DNA of 64,000 bases from Neorhizobium sp. (GCA_052038935.1 JBQGDG010000081.1:24484-88483), one strand, 5' to 3'; numbered from the stretch's first letter, positions 1 through 10,782 are shown. The notes: generated by a model not told the origin, from the sequence alone. Translations and numbers: made by a program.

Positions 1-1
1 G

Positions 2-877
2 CTTAGCCAGCAGCGGAATGATGGACGAGCGCTGGTTTTCATACACGGTTTCAACAATACCTACGGCGATGCCGTCTTTCGCCTTGCGCAGATTGTCCAT
101 GATAGCGGGATGCGGGCGACGCCCGTGCTTTTTACCTGGCCGTCTCGGGCCTCGATAACGGGATATCAGTACGACAAGGAGAGTACCAACTATTCGCGTT
201 CTGGGCTCGAGCAGGCTCTCCGCGCGCTGGCCGCAGATCCGAGTGTCAGGGACATCACCGTTCTGGCGCATTCGATGGGCGCGTGGCTTGCGATGGAAAG
301 CTTGCGGCAGATGGGGATTCGGGACGGGCATGTCGACCCAAAGATCCGCAATGTGATCCTGGCATCTCCGGATATCGATATTCAGGTCTTCGCCAAGCAG
401 TATGTGGAAATGGGCGAACCGCATCCGAGATTCACGATCTTCGTGTCCCAGGACGACAAGGCGCTGGCTGTCTCCAGTATCATAACCGGGCGTGTTTCCC
501 GCCTGGGGGCAATCAATCCGACGGAGGAACCGTATCGCTCGAAGCTGGAGAAGGCCGGCATCACTGCAATCGACCTGACCAAGGTCAAAACCGGCGACGG
601 CCTCAATCACGGCAAGTTTGCCGAGAGCCCGGAGATCGTCAAGTTGATCGGACAGCGGCTTATCTCGGGACAGCCCCTCACCGATTCCAAGGAGACCTTA
701 AGCCAGGGCATTACTGCCGTCGTCGGCGGGGCAGTGATCAATATCGGAACAGTCGCGGCGACTGCTGCCGCCGCGCCGGCCACAGTCTTCGAACAACAAT
801 CGTCAAGCGCCCCCAAAACGCCGTCTCCGGGCCCGGTCCTCGAGACCGACCTCAAGCCGCAGAAACTGCTCCAATAG
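2..877 (+). CDS. DUF900-type alpha/beta hydrolase (esterase/lipase superfamily), 5' end outside the window
   Basis: Frame is open from base 2 (..ALVFIHGFNNTY..FTWPS..); nucleophile motif AHSMG, ASPDID and NHGKFA, typical of rhizobial DUF900 proteins. Confidence 0.85.
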   Translation, partial: LSQQRNDGRALVFIHGFNNTYGDAVFRLAQIVHDSGMRATPVLFTWPSRASITGYQYDKESTNYSRSGLEQALRALAADPSVRDITVLAHSMGAWLAMESLRQMGIRDGHVDPKIRNVILASPDIDIQVFAKQYVEMGEPHPRFTIFVSQDDKALAVSSIITGRVSRLGAINPTEEPYRSKLEKAGITAIDLTKVKTGDGLNHGKFAESPEIVKLIGQRLISGQPLTDSKETLSQGITAVVGGAVINIGTVAATAAAAPATVFEQQSSSAPKTPSPGPVLETDLKPQKLLQ

Positions 878-1009
878 GGACTTCCTCTCGTGCCCCAGGT
901 CTGGATGCCCATCACTGTAGGGACGCGTTCAATACGGTAAAATACGTCCTCAACGCCTCCGCTCCGTGCGAAGCTCTCAAGTCTCCTGTCAGCGGAAACC
1001 GAGGTTGGG

Positions 1010-1423
1010 ATGATCAAGGAAGCGATACTGGCGGCGGCATTTTTCTCGGGTGGCCTTGCTGCGCCTCTCCAGGCTCAAACTCTCAGTTACGCCGACGCGA
1101 TCACGCAATTGTCCCAGGCCTGCGGTCGCGACATCCAAACGTATTGCAAGGGCCTCAATCTGGGAAACGGGCGCATCTATGACTGCCTGCAGCATCAATC
1201 GACCATATCGGCCACCTGCAACACGTCACTGGCAAAGGTCCTTCAATCGCTCGCAACACGCGAGCGCGCACAAGCCGCGTACCAAAAACAGTGCAGTCGA
1301 GACATAGCGAGACGGTGTTCGGGCATAAAGGGCGATGGCTTCGTCCTGATCTGCCTGTTGAAGAAGGAACAGCGCGTCAGCGAAGGCTGCAATCAGGCCA
1401 TCACCGATGCAGGCTGGAGATGA
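1010..1423 (+). CDS. Secreted protein with two cysteine-rich repeats (GLG1/Cys_rich_FGFR-like)
   Basis: Signal peptide ending ..PLQA; two repeats C-x2-DI-x3-C-x-G...C-L...C (8 Cys); GAGG upstream of the start. Confidence 0.8.
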   Translation: MIKEAILAAAFFSGGLAAPLQAQTLSYADAITQLSQACGRDIQTYCKGLNLGNGRIYDCLQHQSTISATCNTSLAKVLQSLATRERAQAAYQKQCSRDIARRCSGIKGDGFVLICLLKKEQRVSEGCNQAITDAGWR

Positions 1424-2004
1424 CGAGCATGGGCAACGTCGGCAGGACATCATTTTTTCTTTTTGCCAGCTGCGTGTCACTCTGGAACGTTGCCGCTGCC
1501 CAGGAGGTCTCCCAGGAGCGGATCATCAAGGGCCTCGGCAGGCTGACGTCGGCAGCTCGGGCGATTGATGTCGTGATCCTCCAGCAGGAGGCCAGCACCA
1601 ACAGCGGCAAACCGCTCTCGGCACTGCCGAACTGGCAGCGGATCGCGAAGCTGCCGCAGATGGTTGTCGAGATCAATTTCGAGAACGATTCCGTTGCTGT
1701 CGTACCCAAGTCCTACCGTACCCTGGGTCTGATCGCCGATGCGCTGCATCATCCCAATCTGTGGGACTACCGCTTCCTCATCGTCGGCCATGCCAATGCC
1801 AGCGGCGACGAGAAGCACAATCTAGACCTGAGCGTTCAGCGCGCCGAGGCTATCAAGGAAGTTCTTTCAACGACCTTTGCGATCGATCCGGCACGTCTTT
1901 TTGCAGTCGGTGTCGGAGAATATGTGCCGATCGAAGGGCTCAAATCCGATGCTTCGAACAACAGGCGCGTGCAGCTCATCAACCTCGGTGTTTTCAGGAA
2001 TTAG
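1420..2004 (+). CDS. OmpA C-terminal-like (peptidoglycan-binding) periplasmic protein
   Basis: ATGA overlap with the upstream stop; signal peptide; INF..DS, GHAN, NLDLSVQRAEAIK, GVGE, NNRRVQL motifs. Confidence 0.85.
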   Translation: MTSMGNVGRTSFFLFASCVSLWNVAAAQEVSQERIIKGLGRLTSAARAIDVVILQQEASTNSGKPLSALPNWQRIAKLPQMVVEINFENDSVAVVPKSYRTLGLIADALHHPNLWDYRFLIVGHANASGDEKHNLDLSVQRAEAIKEVLSTTFAIDPARLFAVGVGEYVPIEGLKSDASNNRRVQLINLGVFRN

Positions 2005-2134
2005 AGAAGAGTGCGGATTGAAACCCGCCGAGCACAAGCCTTTGCTTAGGGCGGCCCAGAGCCTCGCGATCCGGCGTGAAGTGCCCTTCGTTTCAGAGAT
2101 GGAGCCTGCCTGACCAGTGGAAGAGGAGACAGTC

Positions 2135-3760
2135 ATGGTCGATGCAAGCATCTACGCGAAATTCGAGGACTTGAGCCCGTTCGAAATCAAGGATGCGCTC
2201 ATCCGCCTTGCACAGGTCGACAAGGCCGGAAAGGTTTATCTCAATGCGGGCCGCGGCAACCCTAACTGGATTGCGACCCGGGCCCGCGAGGCGTTTTTCC
2301 TTCTCGGCCAGTTCGCATTGACCGAATCGAAGCGCTCTTTTTTCAATCCAGAGGCTGGCATTGCCGGAATGCCGCCAGCAGATGGGTGCTACGAGCGCCT
2401 CAAAGACTGGATTGCAAAGCGAAAATCAGATCCCGACACGCCAGGCGCCGAAACACTCGAGGCCGCCGTAGACTTCGCGATCATGAAGTTTTCGTTCGAT
2501 GCCGACGCGTTCGTAAACGAGCTGACGGATTCCATTATCGGTGACCATTATCCCGTTCCCGATCGGGCACTGGTGCATAACGAGATCATCACGCACGAAT
2601 ATCTGATGTGGGCGATGTGCGCGGGACACCGTCCCAACGCGAAATTCGATCTCTACCCAGTCGAAGGCGGCACGGCGGCAATGTGCTACATCTTCAAGGC
2701 TTTGAAGAACGCCCGCCTGCTCAATGCCGGCGATACCATTGCGCTCGTGACGCCTATATTCACGCCCTATCTCGAAATGCCGCACCTGGAGGATTATGCG
2801 CTCAAGCAGATCCATATCTCGGCGGAGGCAGAAGACCGTTTTCAGCTCACGGAAGAAGACTTGAAGCCTCTTGAAAGCAAGACGGTTAAAGCGCTCTTCA
2901 TCGTCAATCCCGGCAACCCGTCTGCCGTTGCAATGGATCCTGACTCGATAAAGCGCCTTGTTGCTTTCGTGAAAAAGAAACGCCCCGATTTGATGATACT
3001 GACCGATGACGTCTACGGAACGTTTGTCGCCAATTTCGAATCCGTGATGGGGCACCTCCCGTACAACACGATCGGCGTATATTCCTACTCGAAATATTTC
3101 GGCTGCACCGGATGGCGGCTCGGCGTCGTTGCGGTCGCTCAAGACAACATCTTTGACAAGACGATCCGGGCCATGCCTGAGGCGACGCAGAAGCTCATGG
3201 ATGCTCGCTACAAGGCTCTCACCCCGTGGCCTCGCGAGATCAAATTCATCGATCGCATCGTCGCAGACAGCCGCGATGTCGCGCTCAATCACACCGCCGG
3301 CCTGTCACTGCCCCAGCAGGTCATGATGTCGCTGTTCGGCCTTGTGGAGATGATGGATGAGGACAAGCTCTATCAGAAGGCCTGCATGGATATCTGCGAG
3401 CGCCGGTTCCATCTGCTGATGGAAGGCATGGGGATCGAGTTTAACGCCCGCCCGTATTTCGATCGGTATTATGGCGTCATCGACTATGAATATTGGGCGC
3501 GCAAATATGTGGGCGATGAAGTGACCGAATGGGTCAAGGAGAATATCCACCCCTTGGACATCGCGTTCAAGCTTGCCGAGGACCATGGGATCGTCGTGCT
3601 GAACGGATCCGGATTCGAGGCTCCGAACTGGTCGGTGCGAGTTTCTTTCGCCAACCTGCCCGATGCCTCCTACAGTTCGATCGGTCGCGGAATTCGCGCA
3701 GTTGCGCGCGGTTATCTCCAGGCTTATCGGGCAGCTCGAGGAGAGACGGCACAGCCGTAG
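2135..3760 (+). CDS. asdA: Bifunctional aspartate aminotransferase / L-aspartate 4-(beta)-decarboxylase, PLP-dependent
   Basis: LSPFEIKD, NAGRGNPNW, EGGTAAM, TDDVY, PLP lysine in SYSKYFGCTGWRLG, HTAGLS; GAGGAG RBS before ATG 2135. Confidence 0.92.
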   Translation: MVDASIYAKFEDLSPFEIKDALIRLAQVDKAGKVYLNAGRGNPNWIATRAREAFFLLGQFALTESKRSFFNPEAGIAGMPPADGCYERLKDWIAKRKSDPDTPGAETLEAAVDFAIMKFSFDADAFVNELTDSIIGDHYPVPDRALVHNEIITHEYLMWAMCAGHRPNAKFDLYPVEGGTAAMCYIFKALKNARLLNAGDTIALVTPIFTPYLEMPHLEDYALKQIHISAEAEDRFQLTEEDLKPLESKTVKALFIVNPGNPSAVAMDPDSIKRLVAFVKKKRPDLMILTDDVYGTFVANFESVMGHLPYNTIGVYSYSKYFGCTGWRLGVVAVAQDNIFDKTIRAMPEATQKLMDARYKALTPWPREIKFIDRIVADSRDVALNHTAGLSLPQQVMMSLFGLVEMMDEDKLYQKACMDICERRFHLLMEGMGIEFNARPYFDRYYGVIDYEYWARKYVGDEVTEWVKENIHPLDIAFKLAEDHGIVVLNGSGFEAPNWSVRVSFANLPDASYSSIGRGIRAVARGYLQAYRAARGETAQP

Positions 3761-3870
3761 TCATTGCAATTGTCCGTGAGGCTGCCGGTCACATTGGTTG
3801 TCGGCGGCCGGTATGGAACGCCAATCGACGCGAAATACAAGAGACAGTGATTGAGGCAGGAGGTGGAACA

Positions 3871-4227
3871 GTGACCAGAATATCCTTGTCGCTTCCGACG
3901 TGCGCACGGCTCTTCAGCGTTCTGAACGCAATTGCCTTCGCTGGTATCTTATTCTGCGCCATTTCGGATGTCCGAGCCGAAAGCGGGTCGATCGCCGATT
4001 TCCCTTTCGTCATTCACTGTAAACTCAGAGACACCTCGCATGCCTTTTATATATCGCGTCTTTCGCCGGACGGTACCGCCACCTACGTTGCATCGGATCG
4101 AATTGCCGGCACGATTTCGGTGACCGGGGACGCAAAGGCAATTGGTGGTGAAGGCGGCGGAAGCTGTGTTCGGAAAACGCTGAGGGAATTGCGCGATTCC
4201 GGCCAGGCGTTCGATTTGAAGCCGTAG
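3871..4227 (+). CDS. Hypothetical small secreted protein (2 Cys in the mature part)
   Basis: GTG start after GGAGG; hydrophobic signal ending VRA; the mature part reads as a globular protein. Confidence 0.6.
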   Translation: MTRISLSLPTCARLFSVLNAIAFAGILFCAISDVRAESGSIADFPFVIHCKLRDTSHAFYISRLSPDGTATYVASDRIAGTISVTGDAKAIGGEGGGSCVRKTLRELRDSGQAFDLKP

Positions 4228-4425
4228 AGTTAACGCAGCACGGCGATCACTGAGAGAACGCCCGAGAAATTTGTTGCTGAAGAATATGCGAGACAAACGG
4301 CGCGCGGTCACCTGGTCAGCGGCCGCAATCCTCGGCGCTTCAGTTGTTCCCCAGGGCCCGTGCAATCGAGCCGATCAGAAGCAACTTTATACGTATGTCC
4401 AGCAGAACAAGGCAATCATCGGCCG

Positions 4426-4890
4426 CTACGCTACTATCGGAGGTTCCCAGGTCAGGAAGAAGCCGACGTCGCCGGGGATGCCATTGGGAAAGTTGATTAT
4501 CATTGCCTTGAGCCCGTAGCCCTGCGGTTTTGCTATCCGATAGAAGAGATCAACGAGTTCCTTGGCCTTGCCCTGCAAGGTCTCCTGCCATTCAGGAAGA
4601 CTGTTGTTTATCGCTCGACCGCTATCGGTGCAAAGATCGGATGGGAAGCTGAATATCAACGCCTCGAATTTTCCGTCCATTGCAGCCTTGACGATCAACC
4701 GTTTCATCAGTGCCCGCTCGTCATCGCCTATCTGTTGGTGAAGGAAAGCCTCGATGAATTCGGCATGCTTCGACGCCTCGCTTGCCTTGAGGTTTTCGTG
4801 GCGCTCGATTTCAAGCAGTTGGCGTTCCAGGGCATGCTTTCTCAGGTCCGCGGCACTGGTCATCGAGCTATCTGTCGCGTCTGTTGTCAT
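4426..4890 (-). CDS. Conserved hypothetical protein
   Basis: GAGGAGG RBS before ATG 4890; charged helical N-terminus and conserved-looking FPSDLCTDSGRAINN and FPNGIPGDVGFFLTW. Confidence 0.75.
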   Translation of the reverse strand: MTTDATDSSMTSAADLRKHALERQLLEIERHENLKASEASKHAEFIEAFLHQQIGDDERALMKRLIVKAAMDGKFEALIFSFPSDLCTDSGRAINNSLPEWQETLQGKAKELVDLFYRIAKPQGYGLKAMIINFPNGIPGDVGFFLTWEPPIVA

Positions 4891-5087
4891 GACCACCCCT
4901 CCTCTCATGACCTGACCTTACGGTAGAGCAGAAGAGTGAAACAGTAACATACACGCGGATTTCAGTAGGTTACCGTATTCTACGGGCCGCATTGTCAGGT
5001 CCCGGCAGCAACTCTCGGCCGTGTGTATGGATGATCGCGGTGTCGCAGGAAATGCCCACCCTCCGGCGGTGAGCGGCTGCCCCCGGC

Positions 5088-6914
5088 TTACGTTACCTGC
5101 ACGAGATGCCCCGCGGACACCTCGCGATAAAACCTGCGTGGCGGATTATAGTCCGGGGCTCTTATGGGGCTCTTGATCTCATCGATAGGAAGATTGCGTT
5201 TCAAGAAGCGTCTCGCCGGATCCGGAATTGGAACAGCTGACATCAGTCTCTTGGTATAATCGTGCTGCGGATTTTCAAAAAGCGATTGCCGCGGACCGAT
5301 CTCCACGATCTCCCCGAGATACATGACCGCGACGCGATGGCTGACGCGCTCGACGACCGCCATGTCATGAGAGATGAAAAGGAATGCCAGGTTCAGGGAC
5401 TGCTGTAGATCCAGCAGAAGGTTGCAGACCTGGGCCTTAATCGAGACGTCCAGAGCCGAAACGGCTTCATCCGCGACGATGATCTTCGGGTCCAACATCA
5501 AAGCGCGTGCGATCGCGACCCGCTGACGTTGCCCGCCGGAGAACTCGTGTGGAAAACGCACCATCATGTCCGGAGACAGTCCGACTTTCGCGAAGAGATC
5601 GGCTGCTTTTTCGCGAGCCTGCGATTTCGTACCGAGAGAATGCTCGAGATACGGCTCCATCACCGCGTGGCCGACCTTCGTACGGGGGTTCAGGGAGGCG
5701 AACGGATCTTGGAATATCACCTGAATGGATTGGCGCATCCTGCGAAGCTCGTGCTTGTTGAGCGCCATAATGTCCTTGCCATCGATGAGGACAGTTCCAC
5801 TCGTCGGATTGAGCAGGCGCGTGATCGAACGTCCGGTCGTGGACTTACCACAGCCCGATTCTCCCACCAGGGAAAGGGTTTCACCGGCATGGAGGTCGAA
5901 AGATACGTGTTCCACCGCATGAACCGCTCCGGACTTGGAGCCGAACAGACCCGAATGAATATCGAAGCGCGTCGCCAGATCCTTGACCTGAAGGATCGGG
6001 CGAGCCTCCCTGCGAACGGTGTCGATCGTCTCGACGACAGCCTCCGCTCTGCCCGTCTCGATGTCGATCGTCGGAAAGCGTAGGGGAAGAGAATGGCCGG
6101 CCATTGAGCCGAGCTTGGGAACGGCGGCAAGCAGCGCCCGCGTGTAAGGATGCTGCCCCCTCTCGAAGATGTCGGCCGTGGCGCCGGTTTCGACCTCGTC
6201 GCCGCGAAACATCACGAGTGTCCGGTCCGCGATTTCGGCGACGACACCCATATCGTGAGTGATGAAGAGGACGGACATCCCCTCCTCTGCCTGTAAGGTC
6301 TTGATCAGATCGAGAATCTGACCCTGTATCGTCACATCGAGAGCTGTCGTCGGTTCATCAGCGATCAAAAGCTTGGGGCGGGTCGCAAGCGCCATCGCGA
6401 TCATGACACGTTGGCGCATGCCGCCTGAAAACTGATGAGGGTATTCGTCAAACCGTCCCTTGGCGTTGGGTATACGGACTTTCTCCAGGAGAGTGATGAC
6501 CTCGCGTCGGGCATCCGCGAAGCTGATGTCCGTATGCACCATGAGCGCCTCCGCAATTTGCCGCCCGATCGGATAAAGCGGGTTGAGCGACGTCATCGGC
6601 TCCTGGAAAATCATCGAGATTTCGTTGCCGCGGACCTGCCTCATCCGCTCCTCCGAAATCGCCATCAGATCTGTGCCGTTCAGCCAGACTTCACCCTCTG
6701 TCCTGCTTGAATGCGCCGGTAGGAGCCGCATCAGCGACAGGGACGTGACGCTCTTTCCCGACCCGGATTCTCCGACAATCGCGAGAGTTTCACGCGCGGC
6801 AATGTCGAAGGAAATGTTTCGCACGACCGGCTTCCACACACCATCGACCCTGAACGAGGTTGTCAGATTGCGAACCGAAAGGACGTTTTGAGCGGATGCT
6901 ATCGAAGGTGCCAT
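5088..6914 (-). CDS. Peptide/nickel-type ABC transporter, fused double ATPase (DppDF/GsiA-like)
   Basis: Two Walker A motifs ([16 protein letters not shown]), two signatures ([16 protein letters not shown]), DEPTT and DEAVS. Confidence 0.95.
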   Translation of the reverse strand: MAPSIASAQNVLSVRNLTTSFRVDGVWKPVVRNISFDIAARETLAIVGESGSGKSVTSLSLMRLLPAHSSRTEGEVWLNGTDLMAISEERMRQVRGNEISMIFQEPMTSLNPLYPIGRQIAEALMVHTDISFADARREVITLLEKVRIPNAKGRFDEYPHQFSGGMRQRVMIAMALATRPKLLIADEPTTALDVTIQGQILDLIKTLQAEEGMSVLFITHDMGVVAEIADRTLVMFRGDEVETGATADIFERGQHPYTRALLAAVPKLGSMAGHSLPLRFPTIDIETGRAEAVVETIDTVRREARPILQVKDLATRFDIHSGLFGSKSGAVHAVEHVSFDLHAGETLSLVGESGCGKSTTGRSITRLLNPTSGTVLIDGKDIMALNKHELRRMRQSIQVIFQDPFASLNPRTKVGHAVMEPYLEHSLGTKSQAREKAADLFAKVGLSPDMMVRFPHEFSGGQRQRVAIARALMLDPKIIVADEAVSALDVSIKAQVCNLLLDLQQSLNLAFLFISHDMAVVERVSHRVAVMYLGEIVEIGPRQSLFENPQHDYTKRLMSAVPIPDPARRFLKRNLPIDEIKSPIRAPDYNPPRRFYREVSAGHLVQVT

Positions 6915-7038
6915 GGATATTCCTCTTGTTCACGACGCGCGAGGCACGAAACCGATAAAAAGATGCCGGTCCCGAGCTCGCGGGTGCGATCGCGGCTATT
7001 TGTGTGCGATGCCGGTGACATGTCTCTTCCCGAAAGGC

Positions 7039-9213
7039 TCATCTGGCCGGCGGCCCCTCTTCGGCCAGGAAGGCAGGCGTTATGGGAAGGCTGCGGCAGC
7101 GACGCCCGGTGGCATTGAAAACGGCGTTGCCGACTGCCGCGGCAACGCCGGGCAGACCGATTTCCCCAAGCCCGCGGGCGCCGATCTCGTTGAAGCGATG
7201 ATCAGGCTTTTCGACGAAATGAACATCAAGGCTGCCGATGTCGGCATGAACCGGAAGCACATAGTCGGCAAGATTGTCATTGAGGATGCGTAACCGATCC
7301 GCGTGGCGATGAGCTTCTTCGAAGAGAGCCATGCCTATGCCGAAGACGACGCCACCGGCGATCTGGCTTGTCGCCAGCTTGTGGTTCACGATGCTCCCGC
7401 AATCGACGGCTGTCAGGACACGCAGAACCCGCAGACACCCGATTTCAGGATCGACGGCGACCTCGACGAAATGCGCACCGAAAGAATAGTAGCTGAGGTT
7501 TTGCCCCTTCGGCATACCTTCAGATGATCCCGTGGCCGTCAGGCGCGTCACCCCCGCTGCATCTAGCCGTTCGAAAGGCCCGGTGAGATTGACGCCCTCG
7601 TCCGTGATCTCGCTATGTTCGCCGAGCTGTCGTTTGATTTCACGACAGGCGTCGAGGACGGCGGGAAGGACGCTTGCGGTGGATTTCGATCGCCCGGCCG
7701 TCGGGGCATTTGGAAGGTTGCTATCAGCGATATTTACGACGATGCGCGAAAGATCGACCTGCAGTTCCGTTGCCGCGGTCTGGGCGAGTATCGTCCTCAT
7801 TCCGGTTCCGATATCGGTGGCGGATGTCTCGATGACAAGACCGGCAGCCAGATCCAAGGTTATGCGGACACTGGCCGGCAGAGCCGGCGCGGGATAGGCG
7901 GTCGTCGCCATGCCGTAACCGATCCTGAGCCCGTTCCTCATCATCGAGCCGGGCTCGATGAACCGACCAGGCCAACCGAAACGCTCCGCACCCTCCCGAT
8001 AACATTGCAGAAGGTTGTTCGACGACCAGGGCCGGTCGTGATACTGGTCGCGATCGGCAAAGTTTTGGATGCGCAACTGCAGCGGATCCATGCGGAGCTT
8101 GAAGGCAAGCTCGTCGAGCGCGGTTTCTAGGGCGAACGATCCCGGCGTTTCACCGGGAGCCCTGAACGGCGTGGGTGTTGCAACGGGCGAGCGGGTTACC
8201 CGATGGGACACCTCCACGCGCTCCATCCTGTACAACATCAGGGAGTTCAGCCCACAGGGTTCGAAAAAACCGCCTCTTAGGGAGGTCGGAACATGGCTGA
8301 CATGTTTCAGAGCCTTGATGGTTCCATCGGCCGCTCCGTGCAGTTCGATCTCCTGCCTCGTCTCGGAACGGTAACCGGACGCAACTGCCATGTCCGCTCG
8401 GGTCAGCTGCAGACATACCGGCCGGCCCAGTCTTCGTGCGATATGGGCCGCCAAGGCCTGATGGGGCCAGACCTGATTCTTTGCGCCAAACCCGCCGCCG
8501 ACATAAGGTGCCACGACCCGCACCGCCTCCTCAGCCACGCCGAGGCTTGCTGCGACATAGCCCCTGACCGCCCGGGTACCCTGCGTTGAATCGAACAGGG
8601 TCAGGCTGTCGCCATTCCATGATGCCGTCGTGGCCGACGGCTCCATCGGCTGGTGCAGTTGCAGGGGAGTGTCGTAGGTTTGGCAGACGCTCGCAGTCGA
8701 GCCGCTCGCAGCTCGCTCGTCCCCACGCGAATACTGCATGTCGCCCCCGAAGAATGGTCCCGGCAGCACGGTATCTGGCGTCTCGTCGGCGATGGGCGCC
8801 ACGGTGACGTCGATTGCACAAAGCGCCTTGCGGGCGGCCTCGATTGTTTCGGCGACAACGATCGCAATCCACTGACCGGCGAAAAGTATCTCGGGCCCGC
8901 AGAGAGGCCGATAGAAGGGTTGATCGTCGTCGATCCCCAACGAATGGCGCCCGAGCATTTCCGCTCCCAGCCTGTCTGCCTCGATATTTTGCGTCCACCC
9001 CATTTCCGATGCATTGAGGTGGGTGAACACCGAGACGATGCCCGGCAGGGCCTGCGCGCGTGCGGTATCGATCGCAGTCAGCATTCCCCGCGAGATGGTT
9101 GCCTGCAGCGCGAACGCGTAAAGCAGGCCGTCCAGCTTGTGATCTGCGGCGTAACGCGCTTGACCGCGTACCTTCTCCCACGCATCCAGACGATCGAACT
9201 CAACCGTTTTCAT
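7039..9213 (-). CDS. Xanthine oxidase family molybdopterin-binding subunit (PaoC/YagR-like)
   Basis: KVRGQARYAAD, HQPMEP, GGGFGAK, RAPGE, DIGTG, catalytic Glu in RGLGEIG; start set to ATG 9213 after GGAGG. Confidence 0.9.
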   Translation of the reverse strand: MKTVEFDRLDAWEKVRGQARYAADHKLDGLLYAFALQATISRGMLTAIDTARAQALPGIVSVFTHLNASEMGWTQNIEADRLGAEMLGRHSLGIDDDQPFYRPLCGPEILFAGQWIAIVVAETIEAARKALCAIDVTVAPIADETPDTVLPGPFFGGDMQYSRGDERAASGSTASVCQTYDTPLQLHQPMEPSATTASWNGDSLTLFDSTQGTRAVRGYVAASLGVAEEAVRVVAPYVGGGFGAKNQVWPHQALAAHIARRLGRPVCLQLTRADMAVASGYRSETRQEIELHGAADGTIKALKHVSHVPTSLRGGFFEPCGLNSLMLYRMERVEVSHRVTRSPVATPTPFRAPGETPGSFALETALDELAFKLRMDPLQLRIQNFADRDQYHDRPWSSNNLLQCYREGAERFGWPGRFIEPGSMMRNGLRIGYGMATTAYPAPALPASVRITLDLAAGLVIETSATDIGTGMRTILAQTAATELQVDLSRIVVNIADSNLPNAPTAGRSKSTASVLPAVLDACREIKRQLGEHSEITDEGVNLTGPFERLDAAGVTRLTATGSSEGMPKGQNLSYYSFGAHFVEVAVDPEIGCLRVLRVLTAVDCGSIVNHKLATSQIAGGVVFGIGMALFEEAHRHADRLRILNDNLADYVLPVHADIGSLDVHFVEKPDHRFNEIGARGLGEIGLPGVAAAVGNAVFNATGRRCRSLPITPAFLAEEGPPAR

Positions 9214-10204
9214 TGGATTCCTCCGCAAGGCCAAGGATGAGTTTGCGGGCGGCACCTCGAGCGAGTGTGATCTTGTGCGCGGTAACCGGTGTGGTGATTG
9301 CGCCCTTGAGGAGATGATCGCAGAATTCGTCGATCGCCTTGTCGGTCAGCACCCTGCCGATCAAAACGGCCTCCGCATCCCTGCAGCGCCACGGCCTTGT
9401 TCCAAGCCCGCCGAGAGCGACAGAAAGCTCGGCCACCACACCGTCTTCAAGCCTCAGCGCGGCCGCGATCGATGCGGTGGCAAACTCGTAGGATGCTCGC
9501 CCGCGCAACTTCAGATAGCGCGAATTTCGCGCAAGCATGGTGACGGGAACATCGACCGACGTGATCATCGAACAAGGGGGCAGGTTGTGGGTGATATGCG
9601 GCGTAGACCCGGGCAGCGGATAAAAATCGGAGAGTGGAATCGATATTGCAGGCTGCGAAGATGAGACGGCATTGACGGTCGCATCCAGAGCCAGGAGGGC
9701 GACCGCCATATCGGACGGGTTGACGGCGATGCAGGTGTCGCTCCCACCCAGAACCGCATGGAATTGCGTGGGCTCCTCGATGGCTTGGCAGCCCGTTCCG
9801 GGACGACGCCTGTTGCATTTCCATTCGCGGGAACGGAAATACACGCAGCGCGTCGCTTGCAGGAGGTTCCCGCCAACGCTCGCCGCATTGCGGATCTGTT
9901 GCGATGCCCCTTGAAGTACAGCCTGGGAAAGGACCGGGAAAAGTGTTTGCACCAGTTCGGATTCAGCCAGTTTGGAGTTCGACACCATTGCGCCGATCTG
10001 CACTGCCGCTTCGCCTCTCACCAAGCCATCGAGCGGAAGCCGGCTGATATCTATAAGTCGTTCGGGCATCGAATGACCGAGCTTGGACAAGTCGACGACC
10101 GTTGTTCCGCCGGCAATCAGCCCTGCCGAGCCGGTTGCCAGCTCCGCCAGCGCCTGATCGAGGCTGCTAGGGAAAATCCATTCAACTGGCTTGACGGACT
10201 GCAT
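9200..10204 (-). CDS. FAD-binding subunit of molybdenum hydroxylase (PaoB/YagS-like, with 4-Cys [4Fe-4S] insert)
   Basis: AGGT, ASQQIRNAASVGGNLLQ, RC-x9-C-x8-C...C insert, RASYEFA. Confidence 0.9.
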   Translation of the reverse strand: MQSVKPVEWIFPSSLDQALAELATGSAGLIAGGTTVVDLSKLGHSMPERLIDISRLPLDGLVRGEAAVQIGAMVSNSKLAESELVQTLFPVLSQAVLQGASQQIRNAASVGGNLLQATRCVYFRSREWKCNRRRPGTGCQAIEEPTQFHAVLGGSDTCIAVNPSDMAVALLALDATVNAVSSSQPAISIPLSDFYPLPGSTPHITHNLPPCSMITSVDVPVTMLARNSRYLKLRGRASYEFATASIAAALRLEDGVVAELSVALGGLGTRPWRCRDAEAVLIGRVLTDKAIDEFCDHLLKGAITTPVTAHKITLARGAARKLILGLAEESNENG

Positions 10205-10670
10205 CGATAACGGCTTTCAAGATGTTCGGATAAGCGCCGCAACGGCAAATATTGCCGCTCATCGCCTCTTTGATAACGTCCTCGTCCGCGGGACACCCTT
10301 TCTGAACGAGATCCAGGGCGGACATGATCTGGCCAGGCGTACAAAACCCGCATTGCATCGCGTCATGCCGGACAAACGCGACCTGAAGCGGATGCGGCAT
10401 GCCCGTACCGTCGGACACACCCTCGATCGTAAGCACTCTTCGGCCATTCATCTGAGCGGCAAATTGCAGGCACGAGAGGCGCCGCTCTCCGTCCACGTGA
10501 ACGGTACATGCACCGCACTGGCCGTGATCGCAGCCTTTCTTGGTCCCGGTCAGATGAAGATGATCCCGCAGGAGATCCAGAAGCGTACGCTGCGGGTCTA
10601 TGTCGACCCGCACGGCCTTGTCGTTCACGATCAGGGAGATCTCGATGGTTCCTTCAAGCGTGTGCGACAT
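10182..10670 (-). CDS. 2x[2Fe-2S] subunit of molybdenum hydroxylase (PaoA/YagT-like, no Tat signal)
   Basis: GTKKGCDHGQCGACT, QCGFCTPG, NICRCGAY. Confidence 0.95.
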   Translation of the reverse strand: MSHTLEGTIEISLIVNDKAVRVDIDPQRTLLDLLRDHLHLTGTKKGCDHGQCGACTVHVDGERRLSCLQFAAQMNGRRVLTIEGVSDGTGMPHPLQVAFVRHDAMQCGFCTPGQIMSALDLVQKGCPADEDVIKEAMSGNICRCGAYPNILKAVIDAVRQAS

Positions 10671-10713
10671 GGGCTGGCCTGGGCTTTCGGATGTCAGATT
10701 GCGGTCGATCGAC

Positions 10714-10753
10714 CGACGGCTGGGCGGACCGCTTCCGCTTGTGAGCGGTCCGC
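10714..10753. other. Intergenic stem-loop within the ABC/Mo-hydroxylase operon
   Basis: Perfect 10-bp inverted repeat GCGGACCGCT-N10-AGCGGTCCGC (about 10724-10753). Confidence 0.5.
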
Positions 10754-10782
10754 ATATGGTTCGACGGTCGTCGTCGCCGGCG

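Noticed and set aside
7039-10670. Bona fide xanthine dehydrogenase for purine catabolism
   Set aside because: Three-subunit PaoABC-type layout with the 4-Cys FAD insert and no purine genes nearby; the substrate cannot be assigned.
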